Assembly: GCA_964569585.1 (NCBI GenBank)
Contig: CAZMVE010000006.1
Location: 1-57,111 of the forward strand
Length of the DNA: 57,111 nucleotides
From: an uncultured Bacteroidales bacterium
GTDB lineage: Bacteria > Bacteroidota > Bacteroidia > Bacteroidales > UBA10428
Direction of reading: 5' to 3'
Part shown: positions 50,634-57,111 of the stretch, piece by piece
Layout of the letters: every line of letters starts with the position of its first letter
Position numbering within the stretch: the stretch's first letter is position 1
Notes under the pieces: model-generated
Databases searched by the model: none
Seen by the model: the letters and a program-made list of their open reading frames with translations, nothing else
Told to the model about the DNA's origin: nothing
Program-made: the position numbers and the translations under genes

Positions 50634-50715
50634 AAAAAATCCCACGGAGTACGCGGGATTTAGAATTTCTTCGGCTTATAGCCTTGTTGTGAATTGTCTT
50701 TCGAATACGAAGATA
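50634..50715 (-). ncRNA. Predicted tracrRNA, divergent from cas9
   Basis: The minus strand reads CUUCGUAUUCGAAAGACAAUUCACAAC|AAGGCUAUAAGCCGAAGAAAUUCUAAAUCCCGCGUACUCCGUGGGAUUUUUU. The anti-repeat pairs with repeat nt 1-11 perfectly and with nt 12-16 after a 1-nt bulge. An AAGGCU..AGCC nexus-like hairpin follows, then a 9-bp terminator hairpin plus a U-run. The 5' end is not defined. Confidence 0.7.
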
Positions 50716-50730
50716 TAAAAAAATAATGAA

Positions 50731-53700
50731 ATGGAAAAAACGCTTGGTATTGATCTAGGAACAAACTCTATAGGTCTGGCTCTTAAAAAGGGAAATGAAT
50801 TCGAATGGTTTGGGGTATATACTTTTAAGAAAGGTGTTGGACAAGATAAATCTGGTGAGTTTTCTTTTGCTGCTGATAGGACAAAGCACAGATCATCCAG
50901 AAGATTATACAATGCCAGACGATATAGAAAATGGGAAACTTTAAAGGTGTTAATTGAAAATAATTATTGTCCACTTGATTTGAAAAATTTAAGTAAATGG
51001 AAACATTACATAAGAGGCATTGGAAGAAAGTATCCGATTGAAAATAATTCGTTCCAAAAATGGATAAAACTGGATTTTAATGGAGATGGCAAGCCTGATT
51101 ATTCTAGTCCTTATCAACTCAGAAGGGAGCTAATAGAAAAAGAATTAGACTTAGGAAATAAAGAAAACCGATATAAAATTGGCAGAGTGTTTTATCATAT
51201 TGCTCAAAGAAGAGGTTTTAAAAGTAGCAGAAAGCTCGGAGCCAATGAAAAAACAGCCGTATACAAAGGTAGTAGTGAAACAAATACGATCGGGCGGAAT
51301 GAATATGAAAGCTTACTTATTGAATGCGGTTCTTTAGGAGCAGCATTGGCAAGACTGGAAGAGGAAGGGATAAGAATTCGTAATAGATACACATTACGAA
51401 AAGATTATAAGAATGAAATAGATCAAATTATTTCAAAACAAAAAATTTCTGATGAATCCTTCTCAGAGCGGCTCATAAAAGCAATATTCTATCAAAGACC
51501 ATTAAGATCCCAAAAAGGTTTGGTTGGTAAATGTACATTAGAACCTAGAAAGCATAGATGTCCAATTAGCCATCCAAAATTTGAATTATATAGAGCTTGG
51601 TCTTTCATAAATAATATTAAGTTTAGGAACACAGATAACGGTGATTGCCAACAGTTACCTTTAGATATTAGAAATGGTATTTTTGAAAACGTCTTTATGC
51701 GTTTAAAATCAAGCTTTCCTTTTGAAGATATTAGAAAGTATATTGAAAAGAAAGGTGATAAAAACTGGGAATTAAATTATAAGAAAAAGGCTGATAAGGT
51801 AAGTGTTTCAGGTTGTCCGGTTTCTGCAAGATTTAGAGCTGTTTTTGGAGAAAATTGGCTAATATTTAAGAAAGAAATAGCCAGAACAAACAAAAAAGGA
51901 GAACCAGTAAACAAAACTTATGATATTGAGGGTATTTGGCATATACTGTTTTCTTCAGAAGACGAAGAGTTTATTGAAGAATTTTTATTGTCTGTTCTAA
52001 ACCTAGAGGAAGAAAATGTAAAGGGCTTAATGACATTATGGAACCATTTTCCGGTTGGGTATGCCAATTTAAGTTTAAAAGCCATCAATAATATCCTCCC
52101 TTTTTTACAAGAGGGCATTATTTATGTCGAATCCGTTTTTTTAGCTAAAATTCCTGAGATAATAGGGGATAAAACATTTAATCAAAATAAAGAATTAATC
52201 CTGTCAACACTGCAAACTGAAATTGAACAAAACAGATTAGAAAAAGCAGTAGTTGATATTACTAATAATCTTATTTCGAAATATTATTTACTTGACTATA
52301 ACGAAAGGTTTGGATGGAAAAATACTGATTACAAGTTGGATCGAAACGATAAAAATGACATAATACAATGTTGCATTGAGCATTATGGTGAAAAAAGATG
52401 GAATAATTTTATGGATGTTGTACTAAAAAATACAATTCTTGCAGGTGTAGAATCAAAATACCAGACTTTTTTTGAAGATCATAAAAGAGAACATATAAAA
52501 CAACCGCAATTATTAGATCAAATTCAGCAATGGATAATGGCTAATTTTAATGAAGTGACAGAAAAACAATTATCCAAATTATATCATCCTTCAAAAATTG
52601 ATATTTATCCTAGTATAGAGGGTCAAACATATTTAAAAAGTCCTAAGACGGGAGCCTTTAAAAATCCAATGGCCTATAAGACTTTACATATTTTAAGACG
52701 AGTAATTAATCATTTAATTGAAACTGGGAAAATTGATCAAGAAACCAGGATAGTAGTAGAAGTCTCGCGTGAAATGAACGACGCTAATAAAAGATGGGCA
52801 ATTGAAACATACCAAAGAAAAAGAGAAAATGAAAACAAGGAATTTGCTATTGCAATAGCAGGATTAGTTCAAGACCAGGATTTTAGGGGAGAAGCTGATC
52901 CCAGCAGTGAGAAAGACATGGAAAAGTTTAGATTGTGGTTTGATCAATTAGACGATAGCAGTACGATTTTAAAAGAGATTAATGCAACTAAATCAGACAT
53001 TGATAAATACCGGCTTTGGAAAGAACAGGGATGTAAATGTATGTATACAGGCAAAACCATAAACTTAACAGATTTATTTGATACAAATAAAATTGATTTT
53101 GAGCATACAATTCCTAGGAGTAAGTCATTTGATAGTTCAATGGAGAACATGACTGTCTGCTATGCGGACTATAACAGAAATGTTAAAAGAAATAAAATAC
53201 CTACTGAGTTACCGAACTATTTAGTTGACACACCGGAAGGTAATGCTATTGAACCTAGGTTAGAAGTATGGAGAAAAAAGGTTGATGAATTAAAAAAACA
53301 AGTTGAAGATTGCAAGTTTCGATCTAAAATAGCTATTGATAAAAAACAAAAAGATGAAGCCATAAAACAAAAGCACCTTAGGACATTTGACTTCGATTAT
53401 TGGAGAAATAAGCTGGACCGATTTACAAGAGAAGACATCCCAAGCGGATTTAAGAGAAGTCAATTAGTGGATACACAAATTATTACAAAGTATGCGTTTC
53501 ATTATTTAAAGACCGTTTTTCAAAAAGTAGATATCCAAAAAGGATTAGTGACTGCCGAATTTAGAAAGATTTATGAGATTCAACCCAAGGAGATTAAGAA
53601 GAATAGAACAAGGCACCATCATCATGCAATAGATGCGGCTGTTTTAACTTTAATTCCACCTGCTTTACAACGACAAGAAATTTTAAAGAAAGCCTATGAA

Positions 53701-54807
53701 TACAATGAAGCAACCGGTGAACAATATCATGAAAAGCCCTTCAATAGTTTTAACTCAAATTCTATTAAGGATATTGAAAAAACAATTCTGATAAATGATA
53801 TGCCTAATAAGGATCAAGCATTTTCTCCTGGAAAAAAATTGGTAAGAAAAAGGGGGCGAGTGGTCTGGACTAAGGATTCAAATGGACAAGTTGCGAGGGA
53901 CACAAGTGGTAAAAAAATTCCAAAAATAGCTCAAGGAGATTCTATTAGAGGGCAGTTGCATTTAGATACATTTTATGGCAAAATTGAATCATTAGAAAAA
54001 AAAGGTGAGTTTTGGATGGTTGGCCGAAAAATGGTTGAGGATATAAATTTGAAATCTGATGCAATTATTGATAAGACTTTGGCTGAACATATTAAAAAGC
54101 AAGTAGATGAAGGAGTTTCTCTTTCATTACTTGTCGACTTAAATGGCAATAGACTTAGACATGTTAGATGCAGAGTTAAAGCAGGTAGGGGATTCTTGGC
54201 AACTGAGAGCGTAACAGTGATAAAAGAACAAACTTATAAATCAAAGCATGAATACAAGAATTACTACTATACAAATTCTGGCGACAATTATGCATTTGGC
54301 TTATATGTAGGCGCTAATCAAAGAAAAATTGTTCCGGTCAATTTATTTGATGCTTCAAAAATTAATAATTACAAACATGTTGATGATTCTAAAGAATTAT
54401 TCGAGCCATTAATTTTCATAGGAAATGGGAAGAATAAAGTAGAAGCAAAGCTGTATCATGTTTTTCAACCTGGACAAAAGGTTCTGTTCTATAATGAAAA
54501 TAAAGATGAGCTTAAAGATTTGGGTACTGAAGAATTGTCTAAACGACTTTATTATGTTAGAACATTAGCAGATGCCAAACAAGGATTAATTCAATTTCAG
54601 CATCATTTAGAAGCAAGAAATGATGAACAATTAAACAACGATTTTCCCAAGGATCAATTTGGTGCTAAAGGCAAAAATGGATTTTCTATTTTTTCGTTAG
54701 AGTTTGTTGCTCCTAGATTATTATTAAGTGCTGGAAACTTCAATTTTATTATAGAAAATAAGGATTTTGAATTTACAATGTATGGTAGTATTCTGTTTAA
54801 ATACTAA
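50731..54807 (+). CDS. cas9: Type II-C CRISPR-associated endonuclease Cas9 (1358 aa)
   Basis: RuvC-I MEKTLGIDLGTNSIGLA, RuvC-II RIVVEVSREMN, HNH KIDFEHTIPRSKSFDSSMENMTVCYADYNRNVKRNKIP, RuvC-III RHHHHAIDAAVL. Arg-rich bridge-helix-like segment RTKHRSSRRLYNARRYRKW. Confidence 0.95.
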   Translation: MEKTLGIDLGTNSIGLALKKGNEFEWFGVYTFKKGVGQDKSGEFSFAADRTKHRSSRRLYNARRYRKWETLKVLIENNYCPLDLKNLSKWKHYIRGIGRKYPIENNSFQKWIKLDFNGDGKPDYSSPYQLRRELIEKELDLGNKENRYKIGRVFYHIAQRRGFKSSRKLGANEKTAVYKGSSETNTIGRNEYESLLIECGSLGAALARLEEEGIRIRNRYTLRKDYKNEIDQIISKQKISDESFSERLIKAIFYQRPLRSQKGLVGKCTLEPRKHRCPISHPKFELYRAWSFINNIKFRNTDNGDCQQLPLDIRNGIFENVFMRLKSSFPFEDIRKYIEKKGDKNWELNYKKKADKVSVSGCPVSARFRAVFGENWLIFKKEIARTNKKGEPVNKTYDIEGIWHILFSSEDEEFIEEFLLSVLNLEEENVKGLMTLWNHFPVGYANLSLKAINNILPFLQEGIIYVESVFLAKIPEIIGDKTFNQNKELILSTLQTEIEQNRLEKAVVDITNNLISKYYLLDYNERFGWKNTDYKLDRNDKNDIIQCCIEHYGEKRWNNFMDVVLKNTILAGVESKYQTFFEDHKREHIKQPQLLDQIQQWIMANFNEVTEKQLSKLYHPSKIDIYPSIEGQTYLKSPKTGAFKNPMAYKTLHILRRVINHLIETGKIDQETRIVVEVSREMNDANKRWAIETYQRKRENENKEFAIAIAGLVQDQDFRGEADPSSEKDMEKFRLWFDQLDDSSTILKEINATKSDIDKYRLWKEQGCKCMYTGKTINLTDLFDTNKIDFEHTIPRSKSFDSSMENMTVCYADYNRNVKRNKIPTELPNYLVDTPEGNAIEPRLEVWRKKVDELKKQVEDCKFRSKIAIDKKQKDEAIKQKHLRTFDFDYWRNKLDRFTREDIPSGFKRSQLVDTQIITKYAFHYLKTVFQKVDIQKGLVTAEFRKIYEIQPKEIKKNRTRHHHHAIDAAVLTLIPPALQRQEILKKAYEYNEATGEQYHEKPFNSFNSNSIKDIEKTILINDMPNKDQAFSPGKKLVRKRGRVVWTKDSNGQVARDTSGKKIPKIAQGDSIRGQLHLDTFYGKIESLEKKGEFWMVGRKMVEDINLKSDAIIDKTLAEHIKKQVDEGVSLSLLVDLNGNRLRHVRCRVKAGRGFLATESVTVIKEQTYKSKHEYKNYYYTNSGDNYAFGLYVGANQRKIVPVNLFDASKINNYKHVDDSKELFEPLIFIGNGKNKVEAKLYHVFQPGQKVLFYNENKDELKDLGTEELSKRLYYVRTLADAKQGLIQFQHHLEARNDEQLNNDFPKDQFGAKGKNGFSIFSLEFVAPRLLLSAGNFNFIIENKDFEFTMYGSILFKY

Positions 54808-54910
54808 AGTTTATTTATACCCACTTGTTGACCCGTCAGCTTCCAAAGGATATGGCAGCGTCTTAACGAAATTGAAGCTCCAGATTTCATGTAATAATTA
54901 AAACCGTAAT

Positions 54911-55534
54911 ATGCAAAAAATAGAACCTCTGCAACACGGCCAGTACTACCACATTTATAATTGCGGGATAAACGGGGAACAGTTGTTTCGCGAAACAACA
55001 AACTACGAACATTTTCTGCGGTTATATGAAAAATATATCGACCCTGTTGCCAAAACCTTTGCCTGGTGCCTGATGGGGAATCATTTTCATTTTTTGGTGA
55101 GAATCAGGGAAGAGAAGGAGATTGATGCAAAATTAAACCTGACAGGTTTTCAAAACCTGTCAGGTTTGGGAGCAACAAAACCGCTCCATCAGTACTTTTC
55201 AAACTTATTTAATGCATATACAAAAGCATTTAATAAATGGTATTCGCGTCATGGTAGCTTATTTGAACGACCCTTCAAACGGAAGCGAATCGATAACGAA
55301 TCCTATTTAAAACAAGTTGTAATTTATATTCATAACAACCCGGTACATCATGGTTTTTGCAACCACGCGATCGAATATCCATGGAGTTCATACTTAACCT
55401 GTATTTCTTTAAAAACTACAAAAATAAAACGCCCCGATGTACTGGACTGGTTTGGCGGTAAAAAACGGTTTGAAACGGACCATAAGGAAGCCGGAGCCGG
55501 AATTAACGAAGTTGAAGCCATTCTGGAATTATAA
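54911..55534 (+). CDS. IS200/IS605-type Y1 (HUH) transposase-like protein, RAYT-like (REP-associated tyrosine transposase family)
   Basis: HUH motif CLMGNHFHFLVRI and catalytic-Tyr context VVIYIHNNPVHHG. Size is 207 aa. It has a palindrome-encoded insert LNLTGFQNLSGL between the two motifs. No companion tnpB and no obvious IS ends were seen. Confidence 0.8.
   Translation: MQKIEPLQHGQYYHIYNCGINGEQLFRETTNYEHFLRLYEKYIDPVAKTFAWCLMGNHFHFLVRIREEKEIDAKLNLTGFQNLSGLGATKPLHQYFSNLFNAYTKAFNKWYSRHGSLFERPFKRKRIDNESYLKQVVIYIHNNPVHHGFCNHAIEYPWSSYLTCISLKTTKIKRPDVLDWFGGKKRFETDHKEAGAGINEVEAILEL
55135..55167. repeat. Perfect 33-nt palindrome (15-bp stem, 3-nt loop) inside the Y1 transposase-like CDS
   Basis: AAACCTGACAGGTTT-TCA-AAACCTGTCAGGTTT. 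It is translated in frame as LNLTGFQNLSGL. Confidence 0.9.
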
Positions 55535-55619
55535 TCGATGAATAATGCAGGAGCGGATCGCAATATAACTATGTAAAAATTCATGTATTTATTGTAATCT
55601 ATTTAAAAAATAAGTTGCT

Positions 55620-56519
55620 ATGATCAAGCGAACCCTGTATTTCGGAAATCCCTGCCACTTAAGTAAAAAAGACCTTCAACTGCTCTTCGAACCGAAGGAT
55701 GATAATGAACCGAAAACCATCCCGATAGAAGATATAGGGATGGTGGTTCTCGATAACCAGCAGATTACCCTGAGCAATGCCCTGCTGATGGCATTAATGG
55801 ACAATAATGCTGCCGTGCTTACAACAAACTTTCAGCATTTACCCGAAGGATTGCTTCTTCCTATGGCCGGGCATCATGCTTTTACCGATAAGGTGAAAAA
55901 TCAGTTCGAAGCTTCCGAACCTTTAAAAAAAAACCTCTGGCAGCAAACTGTATCGGCTAAAATAAGGAACCAGGCAGCTTTATTGAAGGTTATGGGCATC
56001 GATACGGAAAATATGCTGTTCTGGGCATCGAAGGTTCGCAGCGGCGACCCCGATAATTATGAAGCACGTGCTGCTGTCTGGTACTGGCAAAACCTGTTTG
56101 TAGGTAATGAAAAGTTTAAGCGTGGCCGTTTTGAAGCGCCGCCCAATAATTTGCTGAATTACGGGTATGCTATTTTGCGGGGTGTTATTGCCCGTTCGCT
56201 GGTAGGAAGCGGCATGACCACTTTTACAGGTATTCATCACCGGAATAAATACAATCCGTATTGCCTGGCCGATGATATTATGGAACCCTACCGGCCCTTT
56301 GTCGATAAGGTTGTGCTGGATATACTCTTTGAAGAAGAACAAATCGAAGAGCTTACGCCTGCAATAAAGAAAAAATTGCTGGTGATACCGGCCATGGATA
56401 TTGTGATCGATGCACAGTCGAGCCCCTTAATGATCGGGACACAACGTACAGCCGCCTCGCTGATGGATTGTTTTGAAGGGATCGGCAGAAAGATAATATT
56501 TCCTGTTTTGATATTATAA
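55620..56519 (+). CDS. cas1: CRISPR-associated endonuclease Cas1 (type II)
   Basis: A 299-aa protein starting MIKRTLYFGNPCHLS. NYGYAILRG and HHRNKYNPYCLADDIMEPYRPFVD are conserved Cas1 metal-site contexts. Confidence 0.93.
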   Translation: MIKRTLYFGNPCHLSKKDLQLLFEPKDDNEPKTIPIEDIGMVVLDNQQITLSNALLMALMDNNAAVLTTNFQHLPEGLLLPMAGHHAFTDKVKNQFEASEPLKKNLWQQTVSAKIRNQAALLKVMGIDTENMLFWASKVRSGDPDNYEARAAVWYWQNLFVGNEKFKRGRFEAPPNNLLNYGYAILRGVIARSLVGSGMTTFTGIHHRNKYNPYCLADDIMEPYRPFVDKVVLDILFEEEQIEELTPAIKKKLLVIPAMDIVIDAQSSPLMIGTQRTAASLMDCFEGIGRKIIFPVLIL

Positions 56520-56551
56520 TGAAAATTTTTTGAAAGGGGTATGGATAATAG

Positions 56552-56911
<360 letters not shown>

Positions 56912-57064
56912 CTAATTTACTGTATCCCTGACTGTATTTTAATCCCTGGGATACAGGAATGAAAAAACCGCCCTGCTAATGAACAAAGCGGTTATTCCGA
57001 CACAGTTTTTTAATCGTAAAAGACCACTAAAACACAGTAAAACCGGGCACTTCAGGCTTGTTAT

Positions 57065-57110
57065 GCTGTGTCAAAGATCGTTTAAATACAGAATGAAAGC
57101 AATTCACAAC
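57065..57110 (-). CRISPR. First (only visible) CRISPR repeat of the array adjoining cas2; the array continues beyond the window
   Basis: The minus strand reads GTTGTGAATTGCTTTCATTCTGTATTTAAACGATCTTTGACACAGC (46 nt). It begins GTTGTGA and ends ACAGC like the 46-47-nt Bacteroidota II-C repeats. Its first 16 nt are complementary to the predicted tracrRNA anti-repeat. With a single copy, the boundaries are approximate. Confidence 0.7.
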
Positions 57111-57111
57111 T

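Noticed and set aside
54804-55001. ORF 54804-55001(-), spanning the cas9/Y1 intergenic region.
   Set aside because: It overlaps the 5' end of the well-supported Y1 gene on the opposite strand and the cas9 stop. It has no recognisable features.

Overview
The window looks like a chromosomal segment of a Bacteroidota genome. The evidence is a SusC/SusD pair, the T9SS translocon SprA, CAZymes with T9SS C-terminal sorting domains, and a long 46-47-nt-class type II-C CRISPR repeat. Positions 1-44,000 are densely packed, ordinary genes: the tail of a SusC/SusD PUL, dxr, rseP, tatA, pdxA, ruvA, sprA, gcvH, rnhB, an S46 peptidase, rnhA, an FtsX-type ABC permease, a Leloir galactose operon (SSF transporter-galT-galK), modABC, a PL1 pectate lyase, an aldo/keto reductase, a lipocalin and a GH10 xylanase. 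From about 44,040 to the window end the character changes. Intergenic regions are long and filled with repeated, strongly palindromic noncoding modules: two ~290-nt copies that differ at only about a dozen positions, a third diverged partial copy, and a short fragment. These modules bracket a two-gene cassette (GT39-like membrane glycosyltransferase plus a DUF5684/HEAT-repeat membrane protein). Next come an exactly phased array of 12 x 21-bp repeats, a REP-like hairpin, and a type II-C CRISPR-Cas9 locus. That locus has a predicted divergent tracrRNA, cas9, an intact IS200/RAYT-like Y1 (HUH) transposase gene between cas9 and cas1, cas1, cas2, and the first CRISPR repeat at the window edge. The Y1 gene carries a perfect 33-nt palindrome in frame, related to the hairpin next to the 21-bp array. 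No tRNA or rRNA genes were seen. All calls rest on reading the supplied ORF translations and the nucleotide sequence by eye. No database search was run.
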